The position numbers and the translations under genes are program-made. 64,000 nt of DNA from Mustelus asterias (Eukaryota): contig NC_135821.1 of the NCBI RefSeq assembly GCF_964213995.1, positions 46,128,001 to 46,192,000 of the forward strand, read 5' to 3'. This document shows, in pieces, positions 50,605 to 64,000 of the stretch (position 1 is the first letter of the stretch; the number at the start of each line of letters is the position of its first letter). The notes beneath the pieces were generated by a model. That model was not told the DNA's origin. It made no database searches and worked only from the letters and a program-made list of their open reading frames with translations.

Positions 50605-52060
50605 AACTTACATTTATATAGCGCATTTTGTGATCTCGGTGCCGCAACGTGCTTCATAACACATGAAGTATTTTTGAAGTGCAGTCACCGCTGTAATGTA
50701 AGGTGTAACATATTATACTATAAGGGGCAGCACGATGGCACAGTGGTTAACTGCCTCACAGTGCCAGTGACCCAGGTTCGATTCCTGGCTTAGGTCACTG
50801 TCTGTGTGGAGTTTCCATGTTCTCCCTGTGTCTGCTTGGGTTTCCTCCGGATGCTCCAGTTTCCTCTCTGAGTCTGAAAGATGTCTACAAAATAATGAGG
50901 GGCATAGATCAGCTAGATAGTCAATATCTTTTCCCAAAGGTAGGGGAGTCTAAAACTAGAGGGCACAGGTTTAAGGTGTGAGGGGAGAGATACAAAAGGG
51001 TCCAGGGGGGCAATTTTTTCACACACAGGGTGGTGAGTGTCTGGAACAAGCTGACAGAGGTAGTAGCAGAGGCAGGTACAATTTTGTTATTTCAAAAGCA
51101 TTTAGACAGTTACATGGGTAAGATGGGTATAGAGGGATATGGGCCAAATGCGGGCAATTGGGACGAACTTAGGAGTTTTTAAAAAAATGGGCGGAATGGA
51201 CAACTTGGGCCGAAGGGCCTGTTTCCATGCTGTAAACCTCGATGACTCTTTGTGCTGGTTAGGTGCAGTGACCCGAACAGGCACCGAAGTGTGGTGACAT
51301 GGTAGCACAGTGGTTAGCACTGCTGCCTCACAGTTCCAGGGACCTGGGTTCGATTCCCGGCTTGGGTCACTGTCTGTGTGGAGTTTGCACATTCTCCTCG
51401 TGTCTGCGTGGGTTTCTTCCGGGTGCTCCGGTTCCCTCCCATAGTCCAAAGAGGTGCGGGTTAGGTTGATTGGCCATGCTAAAAATTGCCCCTTAGTGTC
51501 CTCAGATGTGTAGATTAGAGGGATTAGTGGGTAAATATGTAGGGATATGGGGGTAGGGCCTGGGTGGGATTGTGGTCGGTGCAGACTCGATGGGCCGAAT
51601 GGCCTCTTTCTGTACTGTAGGGTTTCTATGATTTCTATGACTAGGTGAATTTCAGACTAACTTGATTGCAGCGTTAATGTAAGCCTTAGTTGTGACTAAC
51701 AAATAAAAAACTTTAAAACTTTCAAAAATCTTTGATAACAGTGGATAATTTGTGTAGTGCAAGGTGCCACAAACAGCCATGGAATTAATGAGCAGACGTT
51801 TTAATGATGTGGGTTGATAGGTGAAAGTTGGCCACGGCACTGTGAAAACTTCCAGCTCCTTCTTTAAGCTGTGCTAATGGTACTTCTGTGCCCACCTGAG
51901 AGAGCAGACAGGGCCTCAGTTTAATGAGACCTGAAAGTTGCAACCTCTCAGTGCCGCACTGAAGTATCAGACAGGATTATGTACTCAAGTCTCTGAGTGG
52001 GGATTGAACCCAAAACCTTGTGACTTGGATATGAGAGCCCTTGCACTGCGTAAAGGCTGA
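50605..52060. mobile_element. Nested cluster: Deu-domain SINE (-) containing a B-tail SINE (+, 50724-51716), which contains a CR1 3' fragment (50885-51248) and an HE1 SINE (~51300-51640)
   Basis: Each host sequence resumes after the inner insert. Deu-like cacctgagagagcagacagggcctcagtttaa at ~51893. Confidence 0.75.
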
Positions 52061-52404
52061 CACTCATTGATTTTCATCTTCAGCTGATTGTTAAAAAACA
52101 GACCTGCGAATAATTAATTTCCCTCTATCATTGTGCACCCACTGGACTTGAATGAATGAGTTGTTTGCCCTCTTGTTCCTTGCTGTTAGCATTCAGGATA
52201 AATTTTCTTGCATATTCATGGTTCAGAGACACTCCAATGTCTAACGAAAATTTCAGAAATATGCTGATAGACTTAAATTTAGAGAAATCCAGTTTCTGAA
52301 GATCAATTGAATTTTATCCCAATCAGGATCATCACAGACTATTTTCAAGGTATAAATATAATGATTGTCAGGTTCATCTGGAGACTCCATGCACAATTTG
52401 CAAA

Positions 52405-52718
52405 GGCGACATGGTGTCACATTAGCACTGCTGCCTCGCAGCGCCAGTGACCCAGGTTTAATTCTGGCCTTGGGTAACACTCTGTGTGGAGTTTGTACGT
52501 TCTGCCCGAGTTTCCTCCGGTTTCTTCCCACACTCCAAAGATGTGCAGGTTAGATTGATTGGCCATGCTAAATTGCCCCTTAGTGTAGATTAGGGGGATT
52601 AGTGGGGTAAATATGTGGGGTTGCAGGATAGGGCCTGGGCAAGATGCTCTGTTGGAGATTCGGAGCAGACTTGATGGACCAAATGGCCTCCTTCTGCATT
52701 GTAGGGATTCTATTCTAT
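52405..52718 (+). mobile_element. HE1/V-SINE-type SINE
   Basis: Head, core and tail homology. Confidence 0.8.
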
Positions 52719-52863
52719 GCGTTCATACATGTAGGTCAATGAACCAGTGAATGGCACTTTCTCTTGTATATTTTTTAAAAGATTTAATAATATTACAGGC
52801 TATTCCAGTCGAACTTGAACTGAATGCTAAAGCCTGTTGAACACATTTGATCAGGCATCCAAT

Positions 52864-52990
52864 GGGTGGAATTTTCCCATATTGCCTGCCATGGGAATCA
52901 TAGCAGGTGGGACAGGGACCATGCAAATGTCTGTTGACCTCAGGCGGGATTTTCAGGTCTTGAGGCGAGCGTGGCTGGAAAATCCCACCC
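52864..52990. mobile_element. 127-bp MITE (opposite orientation)
   Basis: gggtggaatttt..aaaatcccaccc TIRs with an AAT TSD on both sides. Confidence 0.75.
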
Positions 52991-54075
52991 AATGTGTTTT
53001 TTTCTCAATGGTGTAGCAAAAGGGAATCACCAAGGGTGGGATTTCCTGGTGCCCTCGTGATGTGTTTTCTGGCAGCAGAGGCAGCTTGCCATGAGCTGCC
53101 GGTAGAACCAGAAGATCCCGCCGATGTCTATGGTGTTTTGCGTGGCTCCTTCATCCTGCCAATGGGGGGGGGTCACCTTCGGTGAAGGGCCAGAAAATCC
53201 CTCCCTGTGTTTTTGTTCCTAGATTTAGCTTTGTATCTGTCTACATATACTGTACACCCAAAAGCAAACACTTTTCTCTGCTCTCAATGTGGATGGGGAG
53301 TCATTCTTATATTGTTAATGAGGAAGAGTCTTCACCCCAGAGCAAAGAGGTTCAGAGAAGTCTTACTGATGTAGAAAAAACCATAAAGTTAAATTAATCC
53401 CACAGCTGGGTTTTCAATATTTAATGTGTCTCTGAAAGATTATAATAATTATAAAGAAACCTCTCATTTCCTACATGGTGATGACCATTAATTAATGGTA
53501 ACGCAATAAGCTTAAAATATCAGGTGTCCATAGTTCAAGTGGAAAATAACGACCATTTTATTTAGCTAAATTGAAAGCAATATAGGTAATGTTTTCTGAC
53601 ATACGTTTCTCTGCTTGATAGTTTGCAATACATGAACTGTGGAGTACGATGTTTCTGACTTGGAGATTCAGAGTTCAAATTTATCATTGACTGCAGATTT
53701 GCTTGCTTAGTGGGTTGGAGAATTCCCCTCACACTTCAGGGTCATTGGTTTGAGGCAAGGACCGAAATGATGAGTCAATAAGATTTCTCTCAATGTTGGC
53801 AGTAAAAGTCTTATAGATTAAAGCCATCTCAGTTGAGCTGCTAGCCTATGGCACAAAACGGACAAGTTCCCTTAAATATACAGGAGCTGTTGTTGGGGTG
53901 TGCTATCGAATTTCGGCTTGCCAGATGTGCCTGGCCTGGGAGTGCCCGATTCTCAGTGCCTGAGATAAAATTCCGATCTTTAAAATAGATTCCTTTGGAG
54001 GCTTTGTTTTAGTTAATCGGGACCCATTTCCACTGTGCCATCTGAGTGAGAGGATTGTTCTTTTCCCACCTATCA

Positions 54076-54715
54076 GACCGTAAGACCATGAGACATAGGA
54101 GCAGAATTAGGCCACTTGGCCCATCGAGTCTGCTCTGCCATTCAATCATGGCTGATTTTTTTTCTCATCCCCATTCTCCTGTCTTTTCCCCACAACCTCT
54201 GATCCCCTTATCAATCAAGAACCTATCTAAGCCTGTCTTAAAGACACTCAATGACCTGGCCTTCACAGCCTTCTGTGGCAAAGAGTTCCACAAATTCGCC
54301 AGTCTCTGGCTGAAGAAATTCCTTCTTATCTCTGTTTTAAAGGATCATCCCTTTGGCCTGAGGTTGTGCCCTCTGGTTCTAGTATTTCCTATTAGTGGAA
54401 ACATCTCTCCACATCTACTCTATCCAGGCCTCGCAGTATCCTGTAAATTTCAATAAGATCCCCCCTCATCCTTCTAACTTCAAATGAGTAAAGATCCAGA
54501 GTCCTCAACCGTTCCTCATACGACAAGCTCTTCATTCCAGGGATCATTCTTGTGAACCTCCTCTGGACCCTTTCCAAGGTCAGCACATCCTTCCTTAGAT
54601 ATGGGGCCCAAAACTGCTCACAATACTCCAAATGGGGTCTGACCAGAGCCTTATACAGCCTCAGAAATGCATCCCTGCTCTTGTATTCTAGACCTCTCAA
54701 CATGAATGCTAACCT
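54076..54715 (-). mobile_element. CR1 3' fragment
   Basis: RGLEYKSRD..LYKALVRPHLEYCEQFWAPYLRKD. Confidence 0.92.
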
Positions 54716-56965
54716 AATGAACCTAAATGATTGTATCGATGATCTTCCTGGAGGTGCTTCCCATCTTGACCACCCTGGGGAAAAACGCGATAGACGTTCT
54801 TGACAAATCTGTGACACGGACAAGTGAGGAGTTGGTGGGAAGGGTTGGGTTTGGGGAATGAATAGTAACAGATCTGAACTAAGTGGCGCCTGTGGACCGG
54901 AGCCGTCCCCGTGTTTCTCTCCAAATTCCATGCCGGGATGTCATCTTAAATCCAATCTTCAAAATAACTTGTGCTTAAGTTATTGCAGTTGGTGCATGAC
55001 GTTGATTGCAGTTGCATTATTAATGTGAAAATCACTTGAATAAAAGTCTTGCGTTTCCACGTTTTGGCCTAATTAATATTATATCTGGCTCTGTTTGAGT
55101 CAGTAATACTTGATTCGTTTTCAAGGAGCGCAATATTACAATTGCTGCTTTGTTTGCTCCCATTCAACATTTTGAAATTTGCACAGCAGAAATACATACA
55201 GTTATCTGGCTGTTGCAAAGCTGGCAAGTGTTCAATTTCCCTGTCCCAAAGCTCCTTTGATCAAGAGCGACTGGCAGAGTTCAGAGAAGAAATGGTAACT
55301 TGTTTTAATTTTCGCTCGCTCCCCACAAGGAAGCTTCCCTTTTTCTGGAAGCGATACTTGAAACCTGTGATTAGACTTAGAGAAATTAGTTTTATTCATG
55401 CCATAGGAGCTGATTCAGCTCATGTAGTGTACCTGAAGGGATAATCACAGCTGGCCTCATTCTTGCCAGGGTGAAACGCCCACCACATGTTGTAGTATTC
55501 ACCGGCTAAAAGGAACACTAGGTTGAAATGGAGAAATGAAAATGGACAAATCATTTGTCAGTGAGAGGAGAATACAAATGCCGCACCGATTGCTGTCCTT
55601 TTCAGCCCCACTGGTGACAAAGCCACACTTTCCCATGCGGACAGAACTCGAGCCCCTGTCTTCCAGTTTATGGAGCTGATGAGTGACATAGGAAATGAAT
55701 CGACCCTTGGATGAACTTGAAAACTTGCATCATTTGTGTGGCATGACTGGAACAATTCAATCATAACCGTTTGTGTTCAACCATTTTGTTATTTTGCAAA
55801 TTAATGTTAGGGGAACAAGACTAGAAAAAAAAACCCATTGGAGTCCACTTGGTCAATCATAGAAAGTACTGATTCTGCAATTATATCTGCAACAATTACA
55901 CATGGGGAGTGCACGACAGGTGATAGTCAGTGCATAGGATGTGATTTTCCAGCCACTTGTTCTAGTGGGTGGGAATTCGCAGACTGCATGTCAGTGAATT
56001 TTCTCGATGTTCCCCCTTTAAAGCATTGCAGAATTAGCCTATTTTTCTATGACGTATACGCTTATTTCACCAAGCAACTTACTTGGCTAGTTCCATCTTG
56101 AATTGGTATGCACGGGCCCTTTGGGCATCCTGTTGTGCTCAGGTCCTAACCCCTGTGTGAACCTAAATTGTTGATTTTCCCGCTTTTGAATTTGCCGATA
56201 TTACGGGGGTTAGGGGTACATTTTTCTAAAACCCTTAGAACTGATAAACTCTGAGTATGTCTCTGTCATGCTCCAGGGTAAACCATGGGGTGAACAGGAT
56301 CAAAGGTTATGGGGGAAAGCAGGATTAGTCTGTTGAGTTGGACGATCAGCCATGATCGTGATGAATGGCGTGGTAGGCTCGAAGGGCCGAATGGCCTCCT
56401 CCTGCTCCAATCTTCTATGTTTCTATCTGAGCTTTTTTAATCCCTGCACGTAGCTCATGGACCTAAATCTTGGTATCAGTTTAATTGTCCTCCTCTGTTC
56501 GCTCTCCAAAGTAAAATTGTCTCATTGAAGTTCCTTTTCTCAGATTTTCTCACAAGAAGTGGTCACGTGTTGTCATTGTACTAATTTCCTCGCTGAACCA
56601 GAAAACAATCTCCCGTCTAATTCCTTGAAATGAGTTTTGATCCTGAGAATTATTTGTTTTAAAACAAAACAGCACAAGTCGTAATTGCTATGAGGGCAAC
56701 GATTTAATGAGATGTGTCGCGTCTTCTCTTGTTGAAGTTGACAGCACTGCCATGCCTTTGCAAAACGTATCAAATCTATTTTGAAAGTTGCCACCAGCCT
56801 TAGTCACACACGTACTGTGTACTTATTCTCCTTCAATTTAAGGGAATTGAGATAAAATTTACCATAAATTGACTTTAATGATATTTCTAATGGTATCAAG
56901 ACTTGCGTCCATTCACGGCATCAGATAATTCTTCATACTAATTGAACACAGTTCCACCGTTCTGA

Positions 56966-59035
<2,070 letters not shown>

Positions 59036-59464
59036 ACTGGCTGAATCGCATGCCTTTTTCTGACAAAAGGAACTATGTGCTCCGAGCACCTCATGACCAT
59101 TTCGAAAGTGAAATGAATCACTAACACCAGATAATGGGGAGCTAACAATTCCACTTTGTTTTTATTCTTGGATGGAATTTTCCCAGCGCTCCCCCCCTCC
59201 CCCCACAATGGGACCTTCGGGTCCTACTGAAGGTGACCCCTGCCTCAGGTTCATTGGTGGCAGGATGGGTGAACCATGCAAAAATGCCGTATACTTCAAA
59301 GAGACCGGAAGATCCCACCTGCGGCCAATGGCAATCTGCTTCCCCCTCCCCCACAGGAAAATCTGCAATGGAGAGGGCTGCAAATTTTGCCCGATGAAGA
59401 AATACAAAAATGATGTATTTCTCCACAGTGCCCCCCGCTTGCAAAATCCATTACTGTTAAGAAG

Positions 59465-59830
59465 GAAGACTTGCATTTTTACAGCACCTTTGATAACCTC
59501 AGGATTCTCGAAAGTGTTTTACAGCCAATTATGTACCTTGTGAAGTGTCGTCGCTGTTGGATGTAAGGAACACAGCATCCAATTATCATACAACACAGGT
59601 CCCCAAAACCAACGTGTTAATGCCCAGCTAATAATGTGATTTCAGAGATAAATATTGGCCAGGACACTGGAGAAAACTTCTCTGTTGTGGAGTATTTTAC
59701 TTCCACCGAAAGGGCAGATGGGGCCTCGATTTAATGTTGCATTCAAAGAATGGCACATCAGACAGCGCAATATTCCATCAGTAATGCTGTGAAGTGTCGG
59801 CATGGGTCATGTACTTATGGAAAGTATGTG
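59465..59830 (-). mobile_element. Old Deu-domain SINE
   Basis: gacttgcatttttacagcacc tail and gggcagatggggcctcgatttaa core. Confidence 0.55.
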
Positions 59831-59907
59831 TTCACCTAAAAAAAATAGTCATTTAGTTGTACAGAACTTGCATATTGCAGAAAAAAGACATTTCGTCAAC
59901 ACTGAGG

Positions 59908-60256
59908 GATGGCAGGGTAGCACAATGGTTAGCGCTGCCTCACAGTGCCAGGAACCCGGGTTCAATGCTTTGGGTGACTGTCTGTGTGGAGTTTATACGT
60001 TCTCCCAGTGTCTGCGTCAGTTTCCTCTGGGAGCTTTGGTTTCCTCCCACACTCCAAAGATGTGCAGGTTAGCTGGATTGTCCATGTTAACCTGTCCCCC
60101 TAGTATCCTAAAATGTGTAGGTTAGGTGGATTAGTCATGATAAACGTACAGGGTAACAGGGATGGGAGGGAAGGCCTGGGCAAGATGTTCTTTCGGAGAA
60201 TCGGTGCAGACTCGATAGGCCGAAAGGCTCTTTCTGCACTGTAGGGATTCTATGAT
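59908..60256 (+). mobile_element. HE1/V-SINE-type SINE
   Basis: Head, core and tail homology. Confidence 0.8.
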
Positions 60257-61015
60257 CTTGTATTCATCAGGGCAATTACAAGGGTATCAAAGTTGGGAAA
60301 GCAACAACTTTATACTGTATGAGAAGAGCATGGTGATTAGTTGGCAAATGGACACTGATTGGCCAAGGCATTTTCATGGAAAATTCACCAGTTGTTAGTG
60401 ACCGCTAATTAACTGCCAAGCATTGTTTGAGCATTTTTAATCAGGCAGCTTGACTGATTGGCCAAGGCATTGCCCTGAGGAATGAACCAGTGAATGGCTA
60501 TTACTTATTTTGTTTAACTGAAACAGGCACAAGGTGGGTACAGGTTCTTCCTGTCTGCAAAGAACAATGTCCTGTATATTGATATTTGTAGTTTCCAGTG
60601 CATGCAAATGTGAGCCTGACTGACAATCTTAAATTGGTTGTCAAAGTAATTATTAGCACACTAAGGATTATTTCATGAATGTTGCCCACATACGAATCAC
60701 ATCCAACGTGGGACATTGTGTTGAGTTTTAAAAGCACAGCATGATCTGTACCTTGCCCATTGTAAACAGCACAAGGGAAATGCTGTTTGATACAATCCTC
60801 CAGTCATTTGGAATATATGGCTTACTGTGAGTCAGCATTAACTGGTGAAATCTCCATGGCAACAACTCTGCCAATCAGAGTCCACTTGCCAACCAATCAA
60901 CACATGCTTCTCATTAGGTATAGAGTTGTTGTTTCCCCTGACAGTGGTATTCTTGTGATTGTCCTGCTGAGTGAAAGATGAAAAGCTTTGACAAAACGTG
61001 CCTTTTCAGCAACAC
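60257..61015 (-). mobile_element. Penelope-like 3' fragment (distinct family) with inverted terminal repeats
   Basis: Minus strand HLHALETTNINIQDIVLCRQ resembles a PLE C-terminus. ~60257-60392 and ~60840-60980 are diverged inverted copies, each with a hammerhead-like CTG(A/C)TGA. Confidence 0.6.
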
Positions 61016-62429
61016 TCCAGTATGATACATCAGATGTGTCTCAAACATCATGATTGTACATTGTTTCAACCAGCTTCTATGATATTTCTCTGCCACCCCC
61101 TCGATCATTTGTGTTCTGACACTCTTCATGCTCCCTCTTTCTTCCCATAAATGTATTAACTCAGAGGTGGAAGATGGTTCATAAGTGAATTCTAGATAAT
61201 CAACAGTGATATGTACCTTTATCACTGTTGATAAACTAGAATTCACTTTCCTCCTAATTATTAAAATCAATTCAGCATTGTATGTAATGATAGATACAAA
61301 CAGATTATATAAATAACTTCATTAATAGGGGGATGTAATTTTTGTTCTAAAAGTGACTAATTGGTTTGAGATTATAGCAAAATGTTTGTGTCATTGCGCA
61401 TGTAAGTTTGCTTCTATATATGTATATATGTTAAGACGCAGTCTGCAAGGGGCACTTATAAGTAATTTTCTCTTGTTACACTAACATTAGAACAAACTGT
61501 CATCTTTGTACTTTAGTCACATTATAAAGTTGCTGTCACTTTTGTCCAATGATAGAAACTGTTCCTTTTCCACTAGACGCCAAAACATTTCTTCAAGAGC
61601 TACAAACCTTCAACTCTCATCTCCCTAAACTCATCTGGCCTTTTCTTGCAATGGTTATTAATATTCATTAATCAGGGGGTGGTACTTGCAAAAGTAATTA
61701 ACTTGCATTCCCATGGTTACATTTGGGTTTCTAAGCTTTTACACTGAATCTCGATGATGTGATTGACCTACATATAATAATTAGTTGCACATTACTCAAC
61801 ACTGCAGGATTGTTTATGCATTTTTAAAATTTCTACACCCTACCTTTTGACAGAAACTCTTTGAAATCACCTTGTTGAGTTACTTACTCTGATGTCTCAA
61901 CTTAGCCATTTTAATCATAATGGCAACACCATTATTTCCTGTTAAATGAATAGTTTTTGTTTTATAACATTTTATTCATTTACCAGGAAACTTGAGAGAT
62001 CAATATTTGTTTTAGGTTTCCAGCATCCAAATTATTTTGCTTCCTTTCTGTTTTGTTCACAGTATTGCCAATACTATTTTGTAATGGAAAGCTTTCTAAG
62101 TGTCCGACTGGTATCGCACATCTTTTTTCTCATTTTCTGCAGCTTATTGTATTAAAATATAAGTGATAAAGGAGGAAGGAGCTGCAGATTTCTGAGGCAT
62201 TGGAAGCAGTTTTGGGGCAGGGGCAGTTGCGTACAAACGAGACAGGTTGCATGAGACCAAGGCTTGGACCAATGTCTGTGCAGAGAGTTTAACTGTGTGG
62301 GAGAATTCAAACTAATTTTGGCAGAGGGAGGAGCACCAGCAGAAAGAAAATTGGGAGTGACAAACAGCAATAGAACAGAAAATAGGCTAAAGTGAGAAGA
62401 AAGTAAGCAGGCCAAAAGGCAAAGCAGAT

Positions 62430-64000
62430 GAGCATGTGGTTGGAATGCAAAAAGGGCAAAGCATTCTGAAAATGTACACAGGAGAACTTCCATAATATGT
62501 TTCGTGTCCAACGATCTGGCTCTAGGGAAAGAAACATAACAGCTGGAGTGTGTTTCAGTGGAAGAACAACTGGGTAATAGTGATCATAATATAAATAATA
62601 TAATAATTTAAAGTAGTTTTGGAAGGGACAAAGGCAAATCAAAAGTGAAAATATCCAACCTGAAGAAAGCCATTTTTTGTGATTTGAGAAGAATCTTGCA
62701 CAGGTGGAGTGGAAAATAAAAGGATTGGCCAAGAAAACAATATGTGAGCAAATTCTTGTCAATCCTTGTTGCAAGCCAAGTAAATTGCCCATATGGAGGA
62801 AAGATGGAGGATCTGAAGCTAGATCTCGACAAATTACAAAAGAAATAGAAGTTAAAATTAAACAGAAAAACGGTTTAAGACAAATGCCAGATACGGAATA
62901 CAGTGGAAAACCAGATGGAGTACAGAGTGAAGGGGGACATTTAAAAAGGCATATAAAAAGATCAAGCAGAGAGTACGATAGAATATTAGTTAATAACATA
63001 AAAGGGAATTCACGCATCTTCTATAAACACAGAAAAAGTGTAAAATAATAATTAAAACAATGGTATGATTGATTAGGGGCAAAAGAAAAATCCTCTTGTG
63101 GAGACAGAAGGCAAGACTAATGATTACTTTGATTACTTTGTCACAGTCTTCACCGTAGAAGAGAATTGAGTTTTTGTCAAAGTGGAGTGGTGGAAGCAAT
63201 CGAAATGTTGAATAGGATAAAAGCATTTTGAAAAGAGATGTTCAGTCAGCTGGCGCCACTCAAAATCAGCAAATTACCCAGTCCAGGTAGAATCCATACT
63301 GTGTTGCTGAGGGATCTCCGAACACCATCTTTCCATCATCTTTGGATATTGAAGTGGTGCCAATGTACTGGAGGATTGCAAATCATTGAATCCTACAGTG
63401 CAGAAGGAGGCCATTTGGTCCATCAAGTCTGCTCCGATCACAATCCCACGCAGGCCTTATCCCCATAACCCCATGCATTTACCCTAGCTAGTACCCCTGA
63501 CACAAAGGGGCAATTTAGCATGGTCAATCCACCTAACCTGCACATCTTTGGACTGTGGGAGGAAACTGGAGGACCCAGAGGAAACCCACGCAGATATGGA
63601 GAGAATGTGGAAACTCTACACAGGCAGTGACCCAAGCCAGGAATCGAACCTGCGTTCCTGGCACTGTGAGGCAGCAGTGCTAATCACTGTGCCACCGTGC
63701 CGCCCTTATGTTTGCGTCAATATTCAAAAAATGGAAGAGAGATAAACGTGGTAACTGCAGGACAATCAGTCTAATATCAGTGGCGGAGAATTTGCAGCAG
63801 ACCATCGTTAGGGACAAAATTAATCCTCATTTGGAGAAGCAGGGCCTCATAAGGGACAGCTAGCACAGACTTGTTCATAGCAGATGATATCTGACTGACC
63901 TGACTTGAGTTCCTTGATGAAGTCACAAAGAGCAATAATGAAGGTAGTGCATTGCATGTTGTACACATGTATTTTCAAAAGCATTTTGGTAAAGTACCTC
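62430..64000 (+). mobile_element. Old degraded CR1 ORF2, interrupted by an HE1 SINE (63383-63705, minus)
   Basis: ctgggtaatagtgatcataat (LGNSDHN), NIKGNSRIFYKH, and gtattttcaaaagcattt (DFQKAF-like) at the window end. Confidence 0.7.

Noticed and set aside
53700-53860. Possible ancient LF-SINE-like remnant
   Set aside because: The resemblance is too weak to support without an alignment.

Overview
Vertebrate genomic DNA, almost certainly from a shark or other cartilaginous fish (HE1/V-SINE-type SINEs, Deu-domain SINEs, CR1 LINEs and Penelope-like elements). The window lies inside a large + strand CUB-and-Sushi gene, best matching CSMD2. Four in-frame exons with canonical splice sites were found: 22060-22134, 33554-33641, 49665-49789 and 56991-57112. 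The rest is intronic and dense in transposons: a near-full CR1 with an SGNH-esterase ORF1, many CR1/L2 fragments, a Gypsy remnant, a solo LTR, a 127-bp Harbinger-type MITE family and a 1.5-kb C-rich minisatellite. The most notable signals are (1) short palindromic Penelope-derived insertions with TSDs that carry minimal hammerhead-ribozyme folds with covarying stem I, several in the sense orientation of the pre-mRNA; (2) three local inverted templated copies suggesting template-switch repair; (3) a diverged ~300-bp duplicate of non-coding sequence; and (4) an antisense acidic exon-like fragment fused to a LINE tail. Repeat boundaries are approximate and family names come from recognition, not database searches.
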